From: Massalongia carnosa
Lineage: Eukaryota
Direction of reading: 5' to 3'
NCBI GenBank assembly: GCA_965645245.1
Contig: OZ287068.1
Location: 1 to 64,000, forward strand
DNA: 64,000 nt
Made by a program: the position numbers and the translations under genes
Shown here: positions 23,118 to 32,759 of the stretch, piece after piece
Numbering within the stretch: position 1 is the first letter of the stretch
Layout of the letters: each line of letters opens with the position of its first letter
Notes under the pieces: generated by a model
The model's database searches: none
Seen by the model: only the letters and a program-made list of their open reading frames with translations
What the model was told of the DNA's origin: nothing

Positions 23118-26100
23118 TCTCTGCGCATAGTCGCGCGCAGAGACAACCTGATTTCTTGATTTCTTCTTGCCTGCTGTCCACATCGTTTACACCGCCGCTC
23201 ATGTCTAGCAATCGTTTTTCGGCGGCGTCTGCTCTTACTCTTTTTGAAACTGATGAGACATTTAGAGATAGTCATATGGTTATCTCTTGTATATTACGTC
23301 GTTTTCAACCCAGAATAAAAGCTTTGATTCTTGTGGACAGTGGTGCATCTGGATATTCCTTTATTGATCAAGATTTCGCGCGTTTTCATAACTTCCCCTT
23401 ACACCAATTGAAATATCCTAGACGACTTTCCGGCTTCGATGGCCAGCCAGCATTGACTGGCAACATAACTCACATCGCCGAAGTTACCATGGACCTAAAT
23501 GGGCATGTAGAAAAGCTCTTTCTTTATGTAACAGGATTAAGACATTACCCCATTGTTTTGGGCCACCCATGGCTTCGCAGACACGGAGTCATTACAAACT
23601 TTTCCAAAAACATCTTGTCCCTATCGTCCCCCTTTTGCCTTGCACACTGCTGTCCTTCACCTGTAATGGTGCAATCAGCCACCACGAAAGAAGAAGAATT
23701 CCTTATGCCTTCCGAAAGTCAGAAGGTATGGCAATCAGAAGAAACAGCTCTGCAGACCAGTCAACCCGAGCTCTCCATCTTTGAATATCAAAAAGAAGAT
23801 GGCCCAAGCCGAATACTCACCGCCATTCAGAGAGGCACAACTCCGAAAATCAGACCACGATCACAAAGCTATGTACGTGTCAGACCCCAATCAGTTCGGA
23901 CACTCAGTCCAATCCAGAAACCCAATCAGACTCAGATATCCAGCTCAGTTCAGACAATCAACTCAACTCAGACATCCTGCAGCAATTCGTCACAAATTTG
24001 CGAAGTCAGCGCAATAACTTTCGATCGCCTTGCTAGAAAGAAAAATCACGAGATATTTAGTATCTCACTTCATGAAATCGATCGCTTTTTAGGAATAAAA
24101 GCACCTCCCAGTCCCAGTCCCAGTCATTCCGACCCTAGCTCATCCATTAGCCTAATAGCGATGCAGGCCTTTCCACCATTGAATCCGAAGGCCTGCCCTA
24201 GCGATAAGGATATGCATATGACCATCTGCAAAATGAATAAGGAGCTAACCTTAGAAACATCCGTAACTCAAGAAGAGCTTGAAGCCATTCGGGAACGAAA
24301 GAACGTTGACCCGAGCACCATATTACCGAAACAATATCACGAATTCCTAGACGTTTTTTCTAGAAAAGAATCTGAAGTGCTTCCAGAGCGCCGGCCCTAC
24401 GACCATGCCATCAATTTGAAAGATGGCTTCCAACCTCCAAATCAAGCGTTATACGGCATGAGCCGCGACGAAATAGAAGAACTCCGTCGGTATTTAGACG
24501 ATAATTTGGTCAAGGGGTTCATTCGTGCCAGCCGTTCGCATGCGGCGTCTCCTGTCATGTTCGTGAAAAAGCCCGGAGGGGGCCTCCGCTTCTGTGTTGA
24601 TTACAGAGGCCTGAATGCCGTCACTATCAAGAATAGATATCCGTTGCCATTGATAGCCGAGACCTTGAATCGCTTGTCCAGAGCTAAAATATTTACTAAA
24701 TTAGATATAATAGCAGCCTTTAATCGCCTACGCATAAAGGAAGGCGACGAAGAACTCACCGCATTCCGCACAAGATTTGGTCTATTTGAGTACCTGGTAA
24801 TGCCTTTCGGGTTGTGTAATGGACCCGCCTCTTTTCAGCACTTTATCAACGATACTCTGCGAGAGTATCTGGACGACTTTTGCACCGCATATTTGGATGA
24901 CATTCTGATATACAGTGACGTTGAATCAGAGCACGAGATTCACGTTAAAAGAATTCTGATCAAACTGCGTGAGGCAGGCCTTCAAGCAGACATCACTAAA
25001 TGCGCATTTCATGTGAAAGAAGTTTCATATCTAGGTCTAATCGTGACCACAGAGGGGATAAAAATGGACCCTGCCAAAGTCGAAACTGTTATTAATTGGC
25101 CCACTCCCCAAAACGTGAAAGACGTACAGAGCTTCTTAGGGTTTGCGAACTTTTACAGACGATTCATTCTGAGGTTTAGCATGATTGCTGGCCCATTAAC
25201 CAACCTCACACGAAAAGACGTGAAATTTTTATGGACTGATAAATGTCAGCAAGCTTTCGACACTATGAAGAGAACCTTCACCTCAGACGTAGTCTTATTG
25301 CACTTCGATCCAGACAAGCCAATTATCGTGGAGACAGACGCCTCTGATTATATATCCGCAGGAATTCTTTCGCAATATGACAAGAACAGTGTTCTAAGAC
25401 CTATTGCTTACTTTTCCAAGAAACACAATCCGGCGGAATGTAATTATGAAATCTATGATAAGGAGTTAATGGCAATCGTTCGGGCTTTCGAAGAATGGAG
25501 ACCCGAATTGGAGGGTTCCGCTCACCCAATCAATGTAATCACGGATCACAAAAATCTAGAATATTTCACGTCTTCCAAGCAATTGAGCCGCCGTCAAGCC
25601 CGCTGGAGCGAGTTCTTATCCCGATTTGATTATAAAATAATCTATCGCCCTGGAAAAGCAGGTGGGAAACCAGACGCCCTAACAAGGAGATCAGGAGATC
25701 TCCCTAAAGAAGGGGATGAAACAGACGAACGCCGACAATTTCAACATCAAACTGTCATCAAATCGCATAATATAGATGAAGAAGTTGCCCGAGACCTGAA
25801 TTTATGCCCTGCTATAAGATTAGCACCCGCTTTCCTAGAACAAGAAGTCATAAGGCTAGCACCTGCGTTTTTAGAACAGGAACACGAACTCGATGAATCC
25901 GAAAATCTAGGCAACGAAGATGATAATCATAACGACGAACCTCAACTCGATCCAGATTCAGATCAGATCGCCTCTGACAATGACCCAATGGATATCCCTA
26001 CCGACGAGCTTTGGAATCAGGCCATTCAAAGAGATCACTTTGCCCCGAAAATTCTAGTAATGCTGCAAAACGGAACCAGATATCACAGCGGAATTCAGTT

Positions 26101-27550
26101 GGCTGAATGCGAAGACAGGGATGGTGTTCTTTACTTCCGAAATCGACGATATGTACCAAAATCAGACAGATTGAGACTCAGGATTCTGCAATTAGCCCAC
26201 GATAGTGTGGTAGGTGGCCATCCAGGACGTGCGAAATGCTTCGAGATTATCGGCCGCTCCTATTGGTGGCCCAGTATGCATAAGACCATTCAGCAATTCG
26301 TGCGAAACTGCCATGTGTGTAAACGGTCTAAACCATCGCGGGAAAGATATCAAGGATGGTTGCGACCGTTGCCTCCGCCAGAACGCCGCTGGCGCGACGT
26401 ATCCATGGATTATGTCGGTCCTCTCCCCGTAAGTACCTTTATGGGAGTCACCTATCGCTACATTCTTGTATTCGTTGATCGATTATCCAAACAAAAGCAT
26501 TACGCACCTACCATAACGATGGAAGTCGAAGAAGCCGCAACAGCTTTTTATTGGTATGTATGGAAACACCATGGCCTGCCAGATGTTCTAGTTTCTGATC
26601 GTGGATCCCAATTCGTATCGGACTTCTGGCAAACATTGTGCAAACGACTAAAGATTGATGCTCGTTTATCAACCAGTTATCATCCTGAAACAGATGGTCA
26701 AACGGAAAGAGCAAATGCGTCAATGGAGCATTACCTTAGGGCTTATGTGAATTATATGCAGGATGATTGGGTCGAGTTTCTTCCTGGCGCTGAATTCGCT
26801 GCCAATAACACTGATTCATCTAGCACTCTGGCATCGCCATTTTTAGCAAATTCAGGGCAACACCCCCGCATGGGCTTTGAACCTGCAGAACCTCTACCGG
26901 AAAATATATCGACCCAGGCCCGGGCAAATCTGATTGCTGCTAATAAATTCGCTGACAGGATGCAGAAATTAGATTCTCACCTGCGTGACGAAATGCTCAT
27001 TGCCCAAGCCATATATGAATCCAACGCTAACGCAAATCGTCGTCCCTGCCCTCGTTATTCTGTCGGAGATATGGTCTGGTTAAACACAAAGAATATCCAG
27101 ACTGCCAGACCTACGGTGAAATTGGACGACAGAAATATAGGACCATATCGGGTGAATCGTGTCTTCCCGAACAATCCTTTAATCGTACAGTTGGAACTCC
27201 CAGAGACTGTCAAGATTCATCCTGTTTTCCATGTCAATCTCTTGCAACACGACCCTGCCGACCCTTTGCCCGGTCAACACCCAGCACCGCGTGATCCTGT
27301 TATCGCAGAAGACGGGCAACGGGAATGGTATGTAAACAGCATTCTGAACTCAAAATACGATCGCCGTTATCAGCCGCCTCTGTTGCAGTATTTCGTCAAT
27401 TGGGAAGGACATACCCCTACTTGGGAACCATTCAACTTCCTAACTAATTGTCAGCAAGCCTTAGACGACTTTCATTCTGCTTACCCTGCCGCCGCCGGAC
27501 CACACATCACCCCATGTACAACTCCCCGCTGTCGTTGCCAAGAAATTTAG
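23105..27550 (+). CDS. Gypsy Pol (PR-RT-RH-IN-chromodomain), in the -1 frame relative to gag
   Basis: LVDSGAS, FCVDYRGLN, YLDDILI, ETDASD, HHCC (AHDS..GHPG..CHVC), SMDY/SDRG/TERAN, GPY and chromodomain (WYVNSIL..YFVNWEGH..TWEP). The frame is open upstream of the gag stop. Confidence 0.95.
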   Translation, partial: RKSLVSAHSRAQRQPDFLISSCLLSTSFTPPLMSSNRFSAASALTLFETDETFRDSHMVISCILRRFQPRIKALILVDSGASGYSFIDQDFARFHNFPLHQLKYPRRLSGFDGQPALTGNITHIAEVTMDLNGHVEKLFLYVTGLRHYPIVLGHPWLRRHGVITNFSKNILSLSSPFCLAHCCPSPVMVQSATTKEEEFLMPSESQKVWQSEETALQTSQPELSIFEYQKEDGPSRILTAIQRGTTPKIRPRSQSYVRVRPQSVRTLSPIQKPNQTQISSSVQTINSTQTSCSNSSQICEVSAITFDRLARKKNHEIFSISLHEIDRFLGIKAPPSPSPSHSDPSSSISLIAMQAFPPLNPKACPSDKDMHMTICKMNKELTLETSVTQEELEAIRERKNVDPSTILPKQYHEFLDVFSRKESEVLPERRPYDHAINLKDGFQPPNQALYGMSRDEIEELRRYLDDNLVKGFIRASRSHAASPVMFVKKPGGGLRFCVDYRGLNAVTIKNRYPLPLIAETLNRLSRAKIFTKLDIIAAFNRLRIKEGDEELTAFRTRFGLFEYLVMPFGLCNGPASFQHFINDTLREYLDDFCTAYLDDILIYSDVESEHEIHVKRILIKLREAGLQADITKCAFHVKEVSYLGLIVTTEGIKMDPAKVETVINWPTPQNVKDVQSFLGFANFYRRFILRFSMIAGPLTNLTRKDVKFLWTDKCQQAFDTMKRTFTSDVVLLHFDPDKPIIVETDASDYISAGILSQYDKNSVLRPIAYFSKKHNPAECNYEIYDKELMAIVRAFEEWRPELEGSAHPINVITDHKNLEYFTSSKQLSRRQARWSEFLSRFDYKIIYRPGKAGGKPDALTRRSGDLPKEGDETDERRQFQHQTVIKSHNIDEEVARDLNLCPAIRLAPAFLEQEVIRLAPAFLEQEHELDESENLGNEDDNHNDEPQLDPDSDQIASDNDPMDIPTDELWNQAIQRDHFAPKILVMLQNGTRYHSGIQLAECEDRDGVLYFRNRRYVPKSDRLRLRILQLAHDSVVGGHPGRAKCFEIIGRSYWWPSMHKTIQQFVRNCHVCKRSKPSRERYQGWLRPLPPPERRWRDVSMDYVGPLPVSTFMGVTYRYILVFVDRLSKQKHYAPTITMEVEEAATAFYWYVWKHHGLPDVLVSDRGSQFVSDFWQTLCKRLKIDARLSTSYHPETDGQTERANASMEHYLRAYVNYMQDDWVEFLPGAEFAANNTDSSSTLASPFLANSGQHPRMGFEPAEPLPENISTQARANLIAANKFADRMQKLDSHLRDEMLIAQAIYESNANANRRPCPRYSVGDMVWLNTKNIQTARPTVKLDDRNIGPYRVNRVFPNNPLIVQLELPETVKIHPVFHVNLLQHDPADPLPGQHPAPRDPVIAEDGQREWYVNSILNSKYDRRYQPPLLQYFVNWEGHTPTWEPFNFLTNCQQALDDFHSAYPAAAGPHITPCTTPRCRCQEI

Positions 27551-28211
27551 TCAACTCGCAGGAGCTCGTTCTTGAAGAGGGGAGCTACTGTCACGGAATC
27601 GCTTCGCACCCTCCCGCTTGTCCTGATCGGGTTAGTATTTAACAGGGCCCATTGCTGTCATCCATCGTGCTCAGGCGTTCTTCTGCCGCCCTCAGCGCAC
27701 TATCAATCTCCTACAATCCGCATCCAATCTCAACGTCTCCACTATCCAGGCTTATGACTGAGAGTGCTTCAGCACAGATAAAGGCGGGATAGGTCAAAGC
27801 AATCATGTTAAGGAAATTAGTACAGGAACAGAGACGGGGCAAGTCGAGAATAGGAGAGTTGAAAGCCATGGCTATAAAGTCTATGTGGTTTCCCAGGTGT
27901 TTAGAGCTCTTCATCGGACGTCTTGTGTATTATTCTCTACTTCTAGTTTTAGCATATCTATATATCCGTTCTGCAAGATAGAGTCTTGTATCTCTCCAGC
28001 CCTCCCCTGACAGTAATTACTCGGGTCATTCGTTTCGATGTGGGGCAGCAACAACGGCCAAAGACTCGGGCTTGCTGGAAGACATTCAAACCTTGGGCCG
28101 ATGGAAATCGGACTCGTATCAGCTATATATCCAAATACACCAGGACCAGCTAAGAACGACTTCCCACAGCAACCACCATAGGTGGGCCATTCCCTGCTTA
28201 GGGTTTGGGAG

Positions 28212-28776
28212 TTTTCCCCTCACCGCTGCCATAAGAAAGCCATTATAGGCGGGGCCCTCAGCAAAACTGAGCGCCAGCATGGCAGCAGCGAGGGGGAGTT
28301 GCCCAAACATAGATAGTGATTATATGATGTTCTGACGACACGATGGAGCCCGCGAATTACTGAGCTATCTACTCATTATATAGCAGTCATATTGTAGACT
28401 TTCCGGCGACCCCTTTTCATAGGGAGTTAGCTGGTCCACTGACTTTCGGTCCCCGGAGGTCACTTCGGCCCCCGTGGTAGGGTCACCGAAGATAAGCACT
28501 AGATGGATGCCTATGATGGTAGTCTAACAGTCTAACACTTACCATCGAACAACTAGATGGATGTTAGATGTTAGTGCTTACCATCTAACAACCCACTCCC
28601 TGATCAGCCGCATAGGTAGATAGAGTTTTTCCCCTCACTGCTACCAAAACAAAGCAATTATAGGAGGGGCCTCAGCAAAATTGAGTACCAGCAGGACAGT
28701 AGCGAGGGGAGAGTTGCCCAAACATAGATAGAAATTATGTATATGTTCAGCTGACACGATGGAGCCCGCGAATTAC
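28212..28776. repeat. Diverged direct repeat pair of about 150 bp (28212-28360 and 28626-28776) around a partial LTR
   Basis: Both copies read TTTTCCCCTCA...GCGAGGGGGAG..TTGCCCAAACATAGATAG...GACACGATGGAGCCCGCGAATTAC. Confidence 0.85.
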
Positions 28777-28788
28777 CATTGAATTTTT

Positions 28789-29160
28789 TGTCACGGTGCG
28801 AGGTAAGGTAGAAATTCAGATGGTGCAAACGTATTACTTGATTGTCTAGCTAGATAGACAAGACGTTCGACAAGGAGAAAAGAAACAGAAAATCCAACGT
28901 GGGCGAGTATAAGACTCTGGCGAACGGAACAAGTCCCAATCCAGCCGTTGATCCAATTTCCCAAGTCCCTGGCATGAAACTATCGCTATGACACTATTGA
29001 CAGTCCGAAAACTTACCTTCAGCCTGAACAGTTATCTTTGCCCTGACTAAACCGGATTAAGCTTAGTTCCTTTCGGATCGGCTAGCCGGCTAGTGCTTCG
29101 TTCAAGCAGCTAAGGTTGGTTCAATGAACTAACTGGCAGGTGCCCAGTCACTCCATGACA
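28789..29160. mobile_element. Solo LTR (372 bp)
   Basis: TGTCA...TGACA termini with TTTTT flanks as putative TSD. Confidence 0.75.
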
Positions 29161-29950
29161 TTTTTGAAGCATTTCATTGCGAATACAAGCTCGAGGTCTA
29201 CAAAGCAATTAAATTTGATGCTCATGAATAATCATGAAACTCATTACACTTATGAGTTTATAAAGCTTGTTAATGAAAATAACATTCGTTCTCTCTTTCT
29301 GATATTCTATCACATCTGATTCATTGTATGCTTAATATGTGAGCGTATTTCAATCTTATAAGCATTGACATGATAATATTATTCAAGTTGTCCTTGCAGA
29401 GTTCAACACCGAGTATTCATTGACTCGATTTTGTCAAGACCTCATCAAAATACGAGATAACACTTTCACAAGCTTCATAATTCGATCTGCTTTTAGAAAG
29501 ACCGGAATGTGACCCATCAATAGAGACTTATACATTAAACAGCTTCAAAAATCCGCCGTCTCAGGCATTGAAGGACTCGTTCAAATGCTGCGAAGTGAGC
29601 AGATGATTCGGAATCATCTGCGGGATCGGAAGCGCGCGAATGAGGATCCCCCCCTTTCAGTGTTACTCGCACGAATTCAACCTTTAATCTTCGATGACGT
29701 TGAAAGGAGGCTGATTGATTGATTGCCAAAAACTCAAAATGTTACGCAGTAGAGTGACGATAATCGGTCAAACGAGTTTGAACAGTTATTGATAGTGCGA
29801 AGCAGCTCGTTGCAAAATCAAATCTCATCGACTTCGAACTGAAAGTTATCCGCAAAAGAAGAAATGATGAACTGCTATTACACAAAGCAATCTCTTGCAA
29901 GAGAATAAGATCTGTCTACTGGAAAGCGTTAGGACTCACAAAGAAGAACG
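29161..29950 (+). pseudogene. Heavily mutated pogo/Fot1 DDE transposase relic
   Basis: Degenerate LMLM(N)NH(E)THYTYEFIKL..ENNI...HC..VFQSYKH and IRSAFRKTG(M), with an excess of A/T at normally G/C codons. Confidence 0.6.
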
Positions 29951-30362
29951 CAGAACGAGCCCTTGTCGAATAGCAATTGCAAATCATAAGGAGACGTCGT
30001 CGCAAATAAGTTGTAAATAGGTGATAAAATTGGTGAAATTGGAAAAAAATATAAAGAATTCTCGGTTGATAAATGAGCAGTTAGGATGTGCAGTTGATAT
30101 CTATGATATGAATAATAACAGCTAACGGTCGTAGGTTGCGGTCGAGAAGTGTCGCTCAAAGCTGCAAAATAGGTGATAAAATGGGTGAATTTGGGACAAA
30201 TCCTGAAATTGAAACTACGCAGATTGCTTGCCTATGCAGACCGCTTTCTCCGACACCTCCTATGGAGGCAGCTAAGCGAGGCCGACGATTAGGAAATAAT
30301 CGAATTAAACAATTTTACCGGAAACCTTTAATCGGATTTTACGTGTAATTCTATATATTAAA

Positions 30363-32750
30363 GGGAACGGATAACAGGACACCACTTTGGTTAGATAAAC
30401 ACCACCTCCGGTTAGGTAAATACCGCTAGCCCAGGTAGAGTAGATTCCTCAGCCCCGCCCGCCTTCATCCCCTTTTAGGTCTAGCAGTCCACATCCCAAC
30501 ATTGACACCTCAAGAAAAAATTCAATCCAGCTTTCAACAATCGATGACTAGACATTGGATTTGTCGATTGGCACTGTCTTCATAAATCGCACCCTTTATT
30601 TGAAGCTTAGTAATGCAAATCAGTTGATTGGAGCCGCATTCGCTGCATCCCAGCCAATTCCATCTGCTGCATCCCCGCCAATCCCGTCTCCCCTTCCTCG
30701 ACCAGCTTTGCCTCGACTAGCCCTAGCCCTAGCTCGGCCAGTCCTTGTGTTTGTCTCAGCTCTTTCACCAATCCCCCCTCCCCCTCCTCTCCCTCCCCCT
30801 CGTTCTCGCTCTCGCCCTCGCCCCCGACGTCCTACCCTGCCTTGTGTAGTATTGGCTCGATGAATAGCTCGTTCCTCCTCCGGAGCTATTGCATCAGCTG
30901 TTTCTATTTCAACCCGTTCGAATTGAGATAGTAATCGATGAGTGGAATGGTCAAATGCCTCCGCTCCTCTTTTTTCCGCTCCCTGAGGGCGACCACGAGG
31001 TCGGGCTATCTCCGGTTCCCTCACTAGAAGAAGAAGATTAATCAAAGCAATCGGAGATGCGCGCTTTTCCAAACTTGAACTTTTGTTAGTAGCTGATCGC
31101 TGACCTCCGATCAGATGACAATAACCTACTTCCAATACGGGTGCACATCTTCCAATTTCAGACTTCCTTCATTCTCGAATAAACGTTGCTGAATCAGATG
31201 ACTACAAGGCAAGCCGGTGATGGTAGTGAAGACGTTGGTACAAGCTGGAATAATAGTCGGTCTTCCTGTTAATAACTCGTATTGGTGTAGAATCTTTTTC
31301 AGGGCATAGGGACTGATAAATGCTCTCAGTTGCTGAAAGATAACTTTGCGAAGATGAAGTGGAAAACGTGTTCTGGCTTCTTCAAAAGCAATCAGATGAT
31401 CATGATACTGATTTTTTAGTAGCAGATTAATGCCGTCAACTACCAGCTTCAAATCTCCGGTCGATGATCCTAATTGACGTTTTAATACTGCATGTGCGCC
31501 TTCCCCTCGCGACGTTACCGTTGTCTCAAAATGCAGCACCTTGTTGGTGTAGCATGCCACGAAGCGATCGCGATAATTATCAATGTAGGTGGACTTCAAA
31601 TATCGAATACAATCTTCATGAGAAGTCATATAGGTAGCAGAAAACTGCTCCCATAGATTCCAAAATTGAGGCTCGGTTGCTGCATAGATCACTGATTTCC
31701 AATCTGACAAAAAGATCTTCCATTCCTCATTGTCGAAATAATTTTTACACTTTGTCAACACATTCTGATTGATGTGCCAGATGCATAGCAAATGATTGAT
31801 ATTTGGAAAGACTATGGAAGATGCCAACATTAATCCTATTTCCATGTCGGACACGAGAATAATCGAATCAGGAAGTTCCAATCGAGAATACACCTCCTTC
31901 AATTGCTGTAAAGCCCAGATGTAGTCCTCTGCTGTCTCCGTGATCAGAAAGCAAAAGGCGACATAAAAGGTAGTATGTAGCGCGGTTTGTCCGCTGATGA
32001 CGAGAAGAGGCATTTTGTATCGATTGGTCTTGTACGTGAAATCCATAATGAGAACTTCATGATTATCTATCAGAAGAGTTTGGGAACTGCCCTTGATGAA
32101 GAAAAGATGCGTAACGTAATCTGCTGATGAATGTCTTATTGAAAGTTGTACACCCAATCCTTTTCGTCAAACTCACGAATCAATGCCTGAATAGGAGTCA
32201 ATGGTCCCAAGATATCACATCTCATCTGCGACTTTAAGTTGTAGATGTCCCGAGGTTTAAACATCGGATTCACAATGATCTCGGCATTGGGATCATGAGG
32301 ACTGAGATCTGCATTCACATTGGGAACACGCAGACTAGACAAAACCATTGACGCCGACGTTTGTACTGTTAACTGTATGGTAACGTCATCCTTTACACCG
32401 GTTAGAGCGATTTTTCTCAAGGCAGGATGAGAGCCAGCAAGACTGGACGGATGATTGTGTGTCCCATTTACCACCTCCAAAAACCACACCTCGTCGTCCA
32501 TTTTGGCTGTCAGGGCAAATGGACAAGCAATTAGTCGACTGCTTGTGTGCCGACGATCCTGACCCTGCGGTTCTCTGACTTTTCCACCTCGGTCGCATTT
32601 TAACCAAGCTTTATTTCTCACTCCCAGCTTGGTTTTCTTGGTTCGAAGAAGCACCACCCGATACATGCTGCTGAGGCTTCCAGCATGCTTATCAAGACAA
32701 GAGTCATGATACCGAGCCAAAATCAACCTGTTAATAATATCAATCAATCT
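30363..32750 (-). mobile_element. Mutator-like (MULE) transposon, 5' end lost
   Basis: FAR1/WRKY-like CDRGG..ACPF..HNH in 32136..32747. MULE core DFTYKTNRYKMPL, LCIWH, TSRGEGAH and SWIM-like GLPCSH in 31126..32157. RG-rich tail and a probable terminus near 30363. Confidence 0.85.
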
Positions 32751-32759
32751 TTGTTAAAC

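Larger units (their letters stand above)
21373..28012 (+). mobile_element. Intact Ty3/Gypsy chromovirus LTR retrotransposon (Tf1/MAGGY-like)
   Basis: 424-bp LTRs 21373-21796 and 27589-28012 (TGTCA...TGACA) with no differences seen by eye. TSD GTAAT, PPT GAAGAGGGGAG at 27574-27584, open gag and pol. Confidence 0.97.
19760..28200 (+). mobile_element. Second, degenerate and 5'-truncated DIRS/Ngaro-type element, split by the Gypsy
   Basis: RT/RH tail (FLGIELDT, LWTDASG, HINEKE, ENFLVDLLSR) at 19770-20537. YR FAAFLRAGE/SKTDPF at 20899-21372 resumes after the Gypsy at 28013 as YSGHSFRCGAAT...LGRWKSDSYQLY. Confidence 0.85.

Noticed and set aside
28212..28300. Hammerhead or hairpin ribozyme
   Set aside because: The core CUGANGA/GAAA arrangement was not found on either strand by eye.
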